Assembly: GCA_030704615.1 (NCBI GenBank)
Contig: CM060731.1
Span: 67,084,001-67,148,000 of the forward strand
Direction of reading: 5' to 3'
DNA length: 64,000 nucleotides
DNA from: Takakia lepidozioides
Lineage: Eukaryota > Plantae > Bryophyta
Both the position numbers and the translations under genes were made by a program. Positions 23,691 through 35,540 of this stretch are shown here, one piece after another. The notes below the pieces were generated by a model. It did no database searches. It was not told where the DNA came from and was given only the letters and a program-made list of their open reading frames with translations. Each line of letters starts with the position of its first letter. Position 1 is the stretch's first letter.

Positions 23691-24896
23691 ACTACTAGGG
23701 TTTGTAATGAAGAGCTAGAATGCAAGTCTTTGACTTCTATGCTTCTACTCAAGCAAAAATATGGTCTCTAGGTGGTCATAAGAGGCATCTTCTTGCTCTC
23801 TTCCACCCCAATGTGCAACCAAGAGTGGTCCAACTCAACTTGCAAGTCATTGTCCACCAAATCAATCCCCCTTCTAGTCCTTGGGATTTGATTGCAAACT
23901 ACCATATCTCCATTGTCGAGCAATCATGCATTTGTCTCCTCATCACTTGACAATTGTTCCAAATCAACACAAATTATCTCAATGTGTAGGAGCAATGCTT
24001 GTCACTTACAATAATGCTCCCAAGCAATCCGCCTTGGATCCCACTCTCACGCCATATGCCTCATTTGGGGTCTTGCACCAATCCATCATCCATGTGCCCC
24101 CCGTGGTCATTTGAATGCATGTTTCATGACCTCTTGGCCTATGTGTTGCTCTCCTTCATCATAACATGAATCAACACCTCTCCACTTCACACACAAATGG
24201 ATCTCAAAGGCCTTAACCTCTTGTTAGTTCAAGAGCTCGCACTACCAAGAGCATGAATAGCCAAGTATTGCCTCCCCCTCTTGTCACATTACATAGTTAG
24301 GGTGAAGCTATGCATACATTGAATGATGATTTCCTTTCAAGGATTTCCCACCACATGTTCTCCAAGCCCTTCCAATGGCACCCTAAGCTTGGCTCCACAC
24401 CACCATGATTGGAAGATTTCTTCACATGCTCCCTTTCAAAACCTCTTGAGCTTCTTAGTGCTCTCCAAGTGCTTGCCCTTGTTGTCTTCAAGCCCAAGCA
24501 TATATAGCTCCTTGGCTTCTCTTCCACAACATCCACACTTTGAACTTGCTTAACCCTAGCTTGATAGTGAAATGAGCACTAACAAGCCTTTAGTCACTCT
24601 CCACAAGCCATGGCGCACACCATCGACTCCATAATGCATACAAAGGATTCTCAAACCCTAGAATCCATGCTTCCACACACACAAGACTTCCTCCTTACAA
24701 TCCTTGCAAAATCTTGTGACTCAAGAGCTTTCTTCTCAAGCTCTCCAACTCCTTGGTGCATGCAATACTCGAGCACCTTTCCTTGCAACCCCTTGCAAGC
24801 CTTGTGATACAAGAGCTAAATTCTCCTAGCTCTCAACCTCTTTAAAATACAAGTGCAAAACTAATCCTTACACTCCGCACTCACAAGCATAAGGTG

Positions 24897-24908
24897 ATCT
24901 TCTTGTAG
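24897..24908 (-). promoter_or_regulatory. Self-priming primer-binding site
   Basis: Directly abuts the 5' X repeat; ATCTTCTTGTAG is the exact reverse complement of CTACAAGAAGAT at 25137-25148 inside X; no TGG-type tRNA PBS. Confidence 0.65.
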
Positions 24909-25329
24909 TGAGAAGAGATGAGAAATGAGAGAAGTAGAAGACAATGAAAGCTCTCAAAGCATGAAGCAATCACATGAAGAACAAGCCCTAGTCCTTCCAA
25001 GTGAAATCCACTCTATCACATAAACTAAGTCAAGCCAAGGGCACATTTGCTAAAGGAATCCACCCTACAAAGCCCTCAACACACTCCCTCTCAATACCTA
25101 GAGCTATGGAGGTGAAAGAAGCTTATGGAGGCTCAACTACAAGAAGATGAGCCTCCTCAACACTCACAAGGGGAAAACCTATCTCCATGTCTCAAGTGAG
25201 GCTCGACACCTCACTTGGCATGTGAGACCAAATGAAATCCCAACACACAAAATATAAATATAAATATCTAAAATGTCCTAGTTAACTAGAAGTAGGTAAT
25301 TCTAGATAACCATGACTAAAACCATGACA
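24909..25329. repeat. LTR-like repeat X, 5' copy (421 bp)
   Basis: Matches 15780-16200. Confidence 0.95.
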
Positions 25330-26514
25330 AAGATGATATTATAAACAATGGACAAAATACTGGAACTCAACTTGAATACTGGAATGTTGGAAACTAGACT
25401 GGAGTACCAGATATTGGAAACTGGACTAAAGTACTGGAACTGGAAACAAAAGTAGCTTGAACTTGTGTTGGCGAGACTGAAGAGTATCTAATCTCGTCTC
25501 TTATATATCGTAGTACCTTGGCAATTTCAACACAAATTATAATATTTCAAAGATTGTTGAAAATTTTGAAAATTAATTTTGTGAAATTAAATAACTTCGT
25601 GAATGATAATAAAGCATTTTTGGGAATATTTTGTATGTTAAAATGAAATTCTCAAAATAAAATAAATATTCGACAGATGATTGTTGAATTTGTCAATGTA
25701 CTACGGTATACTGGTTACTAAAAAGTTCCCTAAGAAACTTCCCCAATGGAGGTTTCTTGATGGAGAAGTTCCTTAAACAAAAGAGGTATCTTAATGGAGA
25801 AGTTTCCTCCAAATGAAGCTTCCTAAGCAGTTTCCCCAGTTATTCTCGATAATTTGGTAAACTTCCAGTAACTTGATAACTAATGATAATTTATGGTAAA
25901 TAATGGTAAATAATGATAAATCACGGTAACTTCCGGTAGCGTGGTAATTTGATAACTTCTGGTATTTACTCATATTCCTTTGGGCTATGTCCGTGATACT
26001 AGTGACTTATTTTCCTATTTCATCCATCCATGTATACTCCATTCATCCAGTATATTTTTTCGTTTAACTTGTACCGTTAAACCGTTACACTCATAGTTAA
26101 GTTAAGGGTTAGTTTAGATGTTGGCTTCATCTTGGTCGTCCGATTAATCTATGGCCAGAAAGAGGCGTCGCGTGCTCAGCCTATAGCACCTCGCCACGCG
26201 GCAACTTACAAGCCACTTTAAGGTTAGTGTATAAGCGACGCTCTGACAAGTAAGGGGTCTTTGTGTATACAAGTGATCGTATGTGAAAAATTGTGTGAAG
26301 CCCTATGCGCGTCAGGAAACTTGTCAGTTGTCGTGTGAAATATCCTCCTCTTGCGAGATTGCATGTTCTTCTTTGCTTCGCCCCTGGTTTCATTTCATTC
26401 ATTCAAGAGGATAAGAGCATATGCTCTCGAGTTGTATTTGAGGCTTCATAGCCTCCAGGGTGAAATGACGCCATAAGTTACATGTGCTTCGACAAGAGTT
26501 TTTCTTGCACTTGA

Positions 26515-26590
26515 GTAGGTAGCCTAGTGGTTGGGTATTTGTGCTTTGCTTGTGCGTAACCTTGGTGATCCTAGGTTCAATCCTTCAACA
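26515..26590 (+). other. tRNA-derived (SINE-head-like) relic
   Basis: Pol III A box TAGCCTAGTGG (26520-26530) and B box GGTTCAATCC (26574-26583); no convincing cloverleaf. Confidence 0.35.
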
Positions 26591-26782
26591 CGTGCCTTCA
26601 ACCCTCCATTAGCCCCTCGATGGGAGTCCCTTGAGTGGTAGGCTCTATAAATTGACTAGACGTTAAACAAACTTTATTTTTATTTTTTTTATATTTCTTA
26701 TATGGTTCAGTAGATTCTCTTTATATTTTATAGTTTAAAATAAAAATACAAGAGATCTTCAAAAAGGTAGACTTCATACAAG

Positions 26783-27360
26783 CTAGTGTGGCATATACCG
26801 TTCAGCAACTAGCTTATATCGTTCAGCACATATTGTACTGTTATTTACTAAATATATACATATTTATATTTATGACCATATATACCAAAAAACAAATGAA
26901 GGGCCTAATTTGCTATGTTCATGATCTCAAGTGACCAAAAAAAGTACTTGAAATTCAATATCTCCCAAACTGCCAGTCCAAAAATTATGAGACCACCTCA
27001 ATGCACCCCTACTCATCGAGGGCTTTCTAGGGGTATCAAGATCTCGGGCGCAGGCCTTGCGGTTTGGTAGATCTCAACAACACTACAAAACAAAACAAAC
27101 TACCAATAGACTAGTGTGGCTCTGCTGTTGAGCACATATTTGTACATTTTATATTCCAGATATACCCATTTTGCCATTGTTCATGAATTTTTAGTGACAA
27201 AATTCAATAATCTCCCACACTGCAGGTCCAAAACTTATGAAACCGCATCAATGCACCCCTACTCATCAAAGGGCTTTATGGCGATTTGAAGACCCCAGGC
27301 GGAGCCTTGCGGTTTGGAAGATCTCAAGGATGCTACAAAATAAAACAAATTATCTTGCTT
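26783..27360. repeat. Two diverged tandem copies of a ~250-330 bp repeat
   Basis: Shared CTAGTGTGGC..AAATTCAATA..CTCCCA..GTCCAAAA..TCAATGCACCCCTACTCATC..GCCTTGCGGTTTGG..AGATCTCAA..AAAACAAA. Confidence 0.8.
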
Positions 27361-29162
27361 AAACATTGATTTTTAAATTAAAATCATCCAATTCCAAATG
27401 AAACTAGGATGGACTGCAATTACAGTACCGTTATATCCTACAGATCGTGGATTCCCTTTATTGATCTCTAAATAACAACCAATTTATTCAATTAATTGTA
27501 TTTTTTTATTTTTATTTCTCCAAAAGAGGGGATGGAGGCCCTCATAGTTTTATTAAGGGTAAAAAATAAAATCCCAAGGGACCATGAAACAAACACACCA
27601 TAGACTCGGTGACCCAAAGACACTTCTTAAATATAGAGAGGAAAGACTCCGGCTAAAGCTGACATAACTAAAAGCCATCTCATTTTATGGCTACTACTCT
27701 CTATCAAGAGTTCAAGGTTCTATAAAGGTTTTTGTAAATCAAAATCTTAACAAATAAATTTTAAATATTCAAACATAGACACTAAAAAGATGTACATACA
27801 TCTAGTATCAATCATAGAGTTTGGTGATGTGTATTTATAACACATTAATATATCTATATTTTAACTGTCCAAGATATAGAAGGATATAGACAAGAGACAA
27901 AAATCCAATATCAAGAGTTTTGGCATTTCATTAGCTATTGTCCTTATCATATTTATAAATATTTTATCGTAATATGTTAGTAAACTAAAACATGCTCACC
28001 ACAAAACCAAAGGTTGAACTTCTGAGGGTTGCGAAAACTGGGCAATCCATTGACCAGTTTGAGGGGTTTATTTTTTATTTTCAATTTTCAATTAATTCAA
28101 AATAAAAATATATAATAAATTAATTCTTATACAATTCAAAGCAAATAAATCTTAAAGACAAAAAACAGGATTGTTAAAGAGGTTGGGACATATTCAATGA
28201 GTGAATATGCTAGAATATTTTGAAGAAATGTTCTTGTTATATCTTGATATTAATACTATTATAATGAGGAAGACTCTTCCCAATGTGAGACCTAACTTAT
28301 GGTGTTACTTTATCCCAAACGACCACTATATTTCGTAATATGGGCAATGCGACTGCTCAAACCTCGCCGAAAGACTCAAAAATCTGGGCTTAAAATTAAT
28401 TCAGGGCTCTGTCTCCTATTCACTTAAAATAATAATAAAATAAAATCTGCATGTATCCACATGTGGTGCGGGTTGACCTAGACTGACCCTTCTTTTTATA
28501 GCTGGGTTGGCTATAATGGGTAACATCCAACATACACCGATGTGACTTTCTTATACTGCCCTAACCATTGAGCCATTTGCTAGATGTTTGATATTACGGC
28601 ATTACAAAGCATGTACACATTAAAAGTACATAATGAAACAATATAAGACGTACGGTCATGAAACAATTAGTTACAAAATAGCACTTTGAGGATAAAAACT
28701 AATCATTTTCCATTAAATTGGAATATGATAATCATTATATTGACGAATGATCAGTATGAATTAAATAATCTTGCTGCCAAAGCCATAAGGAAAGAATTGA
28801 ACCACTAATATCCGTATAAACTTAAGGTTCAGTTATTAGGACCCGTATTCGATGGGCAATCATATATGCACAATTTATCTTTTTATGTTTTTTGGGACAT
28901 AATACGAAGACCCACAAAATATAAGGTATCAAAGAAAACATAACCTAAAGTGGCCAAAGGGTGTACAACAACAGATAGGGACCAACAAAAAGAATGAGAT
29001 AGAATCCTTTTGTATATTGCAAAGTAACTTCTTAATAATGTTTTCTTCTTAGGTTCTATCATAATGAAGATGACTCTTCATAAAGAAAAGTCACATTTGT
29101 TCAAATATGAACTGTCACAACTGTAGGGATGAAGTGCTTCCTAATCTAAATTAGGTCTAACA

Positions 29163-29960
29163 CTCCCACTTAGGAAGCATCATCCTCAGCTTCTCCTCCA
29201 AACAACCCTAATTTCTTAAGAAGATAGGAATGTTTAACAAAGCCAAGTGGCTTTGTAAGGATGTCGGCCACCATGTCCTTAGTAGGGCAGTAAACAACAA
29301 TGACATGTTTGTTGAGAACTTGTTCGCGAATGTAGTGGAATTGTATGTCGATGTGCTTGGTCCTGTCGTGGAACTTGGTAGTGTCAATCAGAGCAAAAGC
29401 ACTCTGATTATCACAAAAGATAGTAGTGGGATCAGTGGCATTAAGAAAGCCAAGGTCTTGGAGTAGATGACGGAGCCAAATAGCTTCAGTGCTAGCTTTA
29501 GTCAAGGCTATGTATTTGGCCTCTGTGCTAGACAAGGCAATGACCCGTTGCTTACGGTTGGCCCAGGAAATAACACCAGCAGAAAGAATAAAAGTGTATT
29601 AGGAGGTGGAATGCCTAGGATCGAGTTTGTCATCCCAATCAACATCAGAAAACCCATATAGAGGGCGAGGCTGAAGAACATGAGTGTATTGGAGATATAG
29701 ATTTAGAGTGCCTTTGAGGTATCGAAAGATACGCTTAACGACAGTCCAATGGGGACGACCAGTATTAGACATAAATTGGGCCACAACTCCCATTGGATAG
29801 GAAAAGTCGGGCCTGGTGTAAACCATTGCCCACATTAATGAACCACAAGCAGATTTATAAGGAACAGTAAGCATTAGCTCGTCAGTGGTCAAACAGTCTT
29901 TGGCAGAAAGATGAAGTTCCAGTTTCATAGGGGTGCGGAGGGATTTGCTATCGTTCATAC
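29163..29960 (-). mobile_element. Ty1/Copia fragment: RT C-terminus, RNase H, PPT, and the start of a 3' LTR extending left from 29162
   Basis: PYKSACGSLMW..TRPDF, HWTVVKRIFRYLKGT, GFSDVDW; SSTEAKYIAL, CDNQSA, HDRTKHIDIQFHYIRE, MVADILTKPL; AAGTGGGAG-TGTTAG. Confidence 0.92.
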
Positions 29961-30864
29961 TCCTTGAGCCTTTTGAAGGACTCGGTCAAGGTTCTGCAAG
30001 CTCCTGTGGCCCCGAGTGCTCATTAACGAAGTTTGAGATGAACCACGCGCGATCACGCATGGGTCCATGGTTTCTCCTCTGTGGATCTGGCATGGAACAA
30101 CAGTGTTATCGAATGTTATCAAAACAAAATGACTTCATTATAAGTGTAGGCTGAAATAGATGAGGCTTTCAAAAGTACTTCATAATATTTCAAGAGAAGG
30201 AATTTTACGATGTTTGCATAATACAATGGGGACCAACTGACACGATTATCGTCTGTGACTGAATTCGGGTTCCATACCTCGCAATTCAATCGCTCACGAA
30301 GGTCATTTGTATTCGTCTTAGATGGATTATGGAAGCTTTGTAAACTCCATATCTTTAAATGGATTGACGTAACTGCTTCCAAAATTCCTCCCAGAGCAAC
30401 TGACAACATCCTCGTGGTTGATTGAAATCGGGTTCCACTCCGTTCGTTGTGGTTTTCCATGGTGGTAGAGCCAGAAAACTGTTCATCCTTGTGCGATCAC
30501 GCGTGGTTCGAAAAGCGGACTTCATCAACGTTATGGAACTCCAGACGAGTGCCTAAGAGTAATATTACCTCAGCAATGTCACTTGTCATTGCTCAGAGTG
30601 AGGATTTTTTGATGTATACGCAATCAACAACGAAGATGCTGTCTTTTGAAGCTGTGAAGATTATGCAGGCATAGTAAGTTACTTCAGGTTAGTTACACAG
30701 AGGGAACTCAAGATATTTGCATAATCCGTCCCGGACTATTTGACACTATTATCCTGGGTGATTCATTGATGTGTTTTATAACACGCACTCAAATCATCGA
30801 CCGGGATGATGATGTCACTTGTTCTTTGACGGATTGTGCAAGTATCTTAAATTCCCAATATTTA

Positions 30865-31367
30865 CACTACAGGAAAAGGGGGAGGTTTTCGACGCCGCGG
30901 CGTTGTAAAACATCCATTTTCGGGTGGGGAAAAAAACCAAATATACGACGCCCGGGCGTTGCAAGCCCGTCGCCAAAAAAACGTTGAAAATTTGCGACCA
31001 ATGGGGGTCGCAAATATGCGAAACCGCGATTTGCGACGCCCGGACGTCGGAGGGAAAAAAAAAAAAAAAAAAAAACCTACTCTGCAATGCAGAATTAGCA
31101 CCGTTCGGGGGTCGCAAAGTGCGATGCCCGGACGTCACAATTTAAGGGGGTACATTTGAATTTAGGCGGGAAAATTTGAATTTGAAATTTGAATTTAAAA
31201 AACTTGATGACCATTAACTCCGGTTTTGTCTAATGGCGATATGTTCATTGTTATACATATATCATGCAATGCATACTTGAACCTAAGACCTCCACGTTAT
31301 AACATTTCTAAGACACTACAAACTAACCAATACACCTACGCTACATCTATGTATCACAAAAATAGTC

Positions 31368-31436
<69 letters not shown>

Positions 31437-32111
31437 ATTTCATTCAAGTTCATTCAAGTTTCTTCCAAGGGGGTCTATCTTGTGACGCCGGGAAGCAACC
31501 TCCACAGCCTTAGTGCCCAGCCCCAGCCCCAGCCCCAGCCCCAACATCGTCGCCGTTGTTGTACCCCCCCCCACCGCCAAGTGCCCCAAGCGACGTCCTA
31601 TTGTGGACTTAAGCTGACCACAACACCATTGCGACCCCCTGTGGCGACGCCGTTGCGACCCCCTGACGTCGCAACGTTGGGCGTCCCAGTGCGGGGCGCC
31701 CCCAACGACGCTTTTGTGAAGTTGAGCGCCGCAAAGCCAAAAAAAAAACAAAAAAACAAACTCCCACTATGGTGATGCTGTACGACGCCCTGGCGTCGCA
31801 GAGACATTGGGGCGCCCTTAGTGACGCTTTTGCGACGCCGAGGCGTCGCAATGATCAATTATTTATTTATTTATTTATTTTTGGATTTCCGACGCCGAGG
31901 CGTTGCAAGAAAAAAAATCCGTCGCATGGAGGGCTATCTTTCCCCCTTCATGTCATCTTACAACGGCTGGGCGTCGTAATGGTTTCACAGCGGGGGATTG
32001 CGACACCGGGGCGTCGCAAAAAAACGCCGCGGGCTCGGCGTCGCGGGCTCAACGCCGCGCGGGGCGTGGGGGCACGGCTGGCGTCGCAAACCTCCCCCAT
32101 TTGCTGTAGTG
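30865..32111. mobile_element. Non-autonomous CACTA element, 1247 bp
   Basis: TIRs CACTACAGGAAAAGGGGGAGGTTT / AAACCTCCCCCATTTGCTGTAGTG (2 mismatches in 24); TSD TTA (30862-30864 and 32112-32114); many GCGACG/CGTCGC repeats; no transposase. Confidence 0.95.
31371..31433. repeat. (AT)n microsatellite
   Basis: ~31 AT units. Confidence 0.98.
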
Positions 32112-34424
32112 TTAATTGGTTTGAAGTCATTCTCCCTGCTTGCATAATCCAATTTCGAACAAATGATAGCATTCTCGTGGTGTATCTTTTTGGTTTCCAT
32201 AGTCTTCGTTGTGGAGTTTCATTATTGTTTTGAGGAAGGAGGAAGTATATCAGAGTTGGAACATCAATCTCCAGCGTCATTCTCGTTGTTTCACAGGAGG
32301 AACACCGTCGCAAACAATCTGTGAAAATAATCTCAACAATCATATGTACTTCAAGGTGTTTGATACTACCGATGTTCATGTAACTGATTTCTATAGGAAT
32401 CTTTTTGTTATTCCCATGCTAACAACATGAGGTCCGCTGAGACTGTCGTAAATTTCCTAGACCTCACTCAATCCAGGTAGAGTCTAAATACTCTATTCCC
32501 ATCTATTTCCATCTCGATCATGTGAGAAAAAATCGAGTGAACAGTGGAAGTTGCTTTATGAGCCAAATATAAATTGTCTTTTCTCCTGAAGTTTATACAT
32601 AATATTTTTTCATTGCTCATATTATATATTAATAGACAAACAATTATTTATGTTTGTATATTTATATTTAAAATGATCCATATTAATATATTTAAATGAT
32701 TTAAAAAATATATATTCAGATATTTTTCCTTATTACTAGACCAAACTTTAGTCCAGATTTACTTCAAATTGTGTTCATGTATCTTTATCCCTTATTCTAG
32801 CTGTACATCTTTTGTAAAATAACGTAAATTTAGGTACTTCAAATTTAAAAGTTAGGCATCATGCAAAGTACCTTGGATCATGATTGTGAAACATATGAAT
32901 GATGTTACATACACAACTTTCAAAGATAATTATGCAAAATAAAAAATAAAAAATGACAGTGGCCCTTTTAATCATATGCAAAATACATTTTATATTTCAT
33001 GTCAGCAAGCTGAAGAAATACTTGCATGATGAGGATAATTTTGTGAAAAAACTATATAATTTTTGTAGGAAGTACTAGATACTCGTCAACCAACATAGGT
33101 CTTGGTGAATTATGGACAAATAAAAGCATACGTTGCGTCGAAATTATACTGAAAAAAATTGGTTGCATGACATGGGCTTCTACTTAGTGATCGGTGCTAC
33201 CTAGGAGTTTGAGGAGTCATTGACAATGACTTTTGAAAGGGTAGACAATGTCACAGCCTAAATTAGATTAGTTATGAGCTTAAACAAAACTGGAAATATC
33301 AAAGCTGGAAATATCAGTAGACTTTAATACTAAGAAAAAAAAAATCAGAATAGCAATCTTGGATATTCTTAGAGCAAGGGAGTGAGATCTCAAGAAACTT
33401 AAAAGATATTGGTGCTAAGTATAGAGATGCATAAAATGTTTACAACAATATTTGTTTTGAAGTGTCTATTAAAGTTATTCGTCTAAGCCTAATGAATACT
33501 GAAGGTCAGAGATTAGTTTAGGGTAGAGCAAGAATAGGTGTCATGGTACCACATCATTGTCACTATGTTGTGTAGGACACGCCATTGTCAGACATCATTG
33601 TCATTTTTTAAGCTGGCTGAAAAGGCTTTGAGGAGAGACTGGATTGTACGAAACTTTTGGCAAGTAACGTATCCATGGGAGTAAGACGACTGAAAAAAAT
33701 GTGATTTGTGAGAATCATTTTTTTGTCAAATCTGCTCTAATATGATTTCCATGAAGTGAGGAAGGGGTGGAAGTTGAGCTGATAGCTTGCGTTGACACGC
33801 ACCTTCTTAACATTGTTGAATGGGCATTGGCACCCATTGTCCTTCCAGCTCTTTAGCTGGGGAAAATCATGATGAAATGAGAGGACAAAAAATGTGCTTT
33901 GATGCTCATTGTTTCTTTTTTTTCCTCAATATTGAATTATGTTATCTTGAAAAAATGGGGCAGACCCCCATTTTGTTTTTATATAGAGAGATCAGTCATG
34001 AAAGGAGGCAGTACAAAGATTTTTTTATGCTAACTTCGGTTGGCTTTGTCTCTCTCTCAGAACATGGGAAAAGCTATGGTCTTTAAAAATATATATATAT
34101 ATATATAGAGAATATGGTCTGCAACATAAAATGCGTATCCATCATCAGCTTTGCCTCCTTTTATGGATTGTTTGTGCGCATGTACATCATCCATGTTCTC
34201 ACCCCTAGGGGTTACCATGAGTACCTTTATATGGTGGGAGTGAGTCTCGGAAAACTCATTTAACACCACCATGTCACAAAGGACCCATTAAAAAATTCCA
34301 TGTGATTGATTGTCAAGTGACTGGCTTTACAGCCATTAACCTATATGCCACTCTTCCTTTAGAGCAAAGTAGTTAGAGAATTTCAGAAATCTCACTCCCA
34401 CATGGGTTAGAGCATGTGGTACCA

Positions 34425-34637
34425 ACTAAATTTACTTGATAGAATGTGGAGCACTTGGTTGGTGACAAAATCGCCGGTCTCATATATATATATATGTGAC
34501 GCCAACCGAAGCTAGCGTAAATAAGAGCCTCTACTAAATTTACTTGATAGAATGTGGAGCACTTGGTTGGTGACAAAATCACCGGTCTCATATATATATA
34601 TATGATGCCAACCGAAGTTGGTGTAAATAAGAGCCTC
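34425..34637. repeat. Tandem duplication of ~107 bp
   Basis: ACTAAATTTACTTGATAGAATGTGGAGCACTTGG..AAATAAGAGCCTC occurs twice. Confidence 0.9.
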
Positions 34638-35015
34638 TTCCCCGTGTGGGTACCGCCCCCTTTCACGGTTTCAGTCTCAAGTGTAGAAGGACTATTTACA
34701 ATGCACATCTCCGCTCTCTCTTCACTGGACACCACCACACCCGAGTGTATTCTTGTGAATGTGACTTAAACAATATTGTCAAAAACACACTACAATCCCA
34801 TGTGTGATGGCCTCTTGCGGGTAGTTGGAGAGTGGGTAAGCAAGCAATTCCTTTAGCACCCCTAGTACTCCATGTTTTTATTTCTGGCGAAATTTTGCAC
34901 TTTTTCGACCTCAAAAAAAAATCCGAATATTCTGTTGTAAATTCCCTCTTTTCTCATGGATGAAATCGCCAAAATTCTCCAAAAATATATAAATCTTGGA
35001 TGAATTCGCCTAATA

Positions 35016-35540
35016 TGGATGAAAGTACAGTGGAGGATGATTCTGTCCAAATTTCAGTGGATGAACAGAAAATATGGCTATTTCCTGCAAAACTCATTAG
35101 CCACTCCTGTTATTTCCCAAATTTGAAAAAAAAAACCCTGCTTGGCGGCTTCTTTTTTTTTCTTTTTTTTCTTTTCTTTTTTTTGAAAGAAAAGGGGGGA
35201 ATCGTGGATGAAAGTGCAGTGGAGGATGATTCTGTCCAAATTTCAGTGGATGAACAGAAAATATGGTTATTTCCTGCAAAACTCATTAGCCACTCCTGTT
35301 ATTTCCAGTGTTGGACCAGTACATGTATTTTTAAATACCAGACTGGTCCTGGTATGAAGGATCTGATCCATTATGCTGCCTCCCGCGCTTGCCGTGAAGA
35401 TAACCACTCCTATAGTGGGGTATAGTTCTTCATACCATTACTTATACCCTTACTGTATATTCAGGTCTGACCATATATACCGATCCAACACTGGTTATTT
35501 CCCAAATTTGAAAAAAAACCCCTGCTAGCGGCTCCTTTTT
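35016..35540. repeat. Local duplications upstream of the LPCAT gene
   Basis: ~100-bp block at ~35016-35118 repeated at ~35205-35307; GTTATTTCCCAAATTTGAAAA..CCCTGCT repeated at ~35495. Confidence 0.8.

Larger units (their letters stand above)
15694..25329 (-). mobile_element. Ty3/Gypsy-type retrotransposon, gag-PR-DNMT-RT-RH-IN-PHD, with split terminal repeats; defective copy
   Basis: TG..CA termini; 4-bp TSD AAGA (15690-15693 and 25330-25333); RT-RH-IN domain order; terminal repeats X and Y; PPT at 16290-16300. Confidence 0.92.
15578..25998. mobile_element. Solo LTR (~780 bp: 15578-15693 plus 25334-25998), split by the DNMT-carrying element
   Basis: 5-bp TSD CTAGT (15573-15577 and 25999-26003); inverted termini TGTCAAGGAC..GTCCGTGATA; no internal coding sequence. 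Confidence 0.75.
15554..26450 (+). repeat. Probable 3' LTR of Gypsy-1 (15554-15577 plus 26004-26450, ~470 bp), interrupted by nested insertions
   Basis: Follows a G-run PPT (15535-15540); starts TGTGAAG and ends CTTCATA (CTTCACA with one C>T); TATAAG at ~26230; the partner LTR is outside the window. Confidence 0.55.

Noticed and set aside
15694-25329. DIRS/Ngaro tyrosine-recombinase element (split repeats plus methyltransferase)
   Set aside because: It encodes an aspartic protease and DDE integrase and has a TSD. No YR was seen, and the MTase is C5-type (PC/ENV), not the Dam-like domain of DIRS
26515-26590. Functional tRNA gene
   Set aside because: A and B boxes only; acceptor and anticodon stems are not formed
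30060-33500. Coding-like remnants flanking the small CACTA and near 33100-33500
   Set aside because: Stop-ridden, with no recognisable motif
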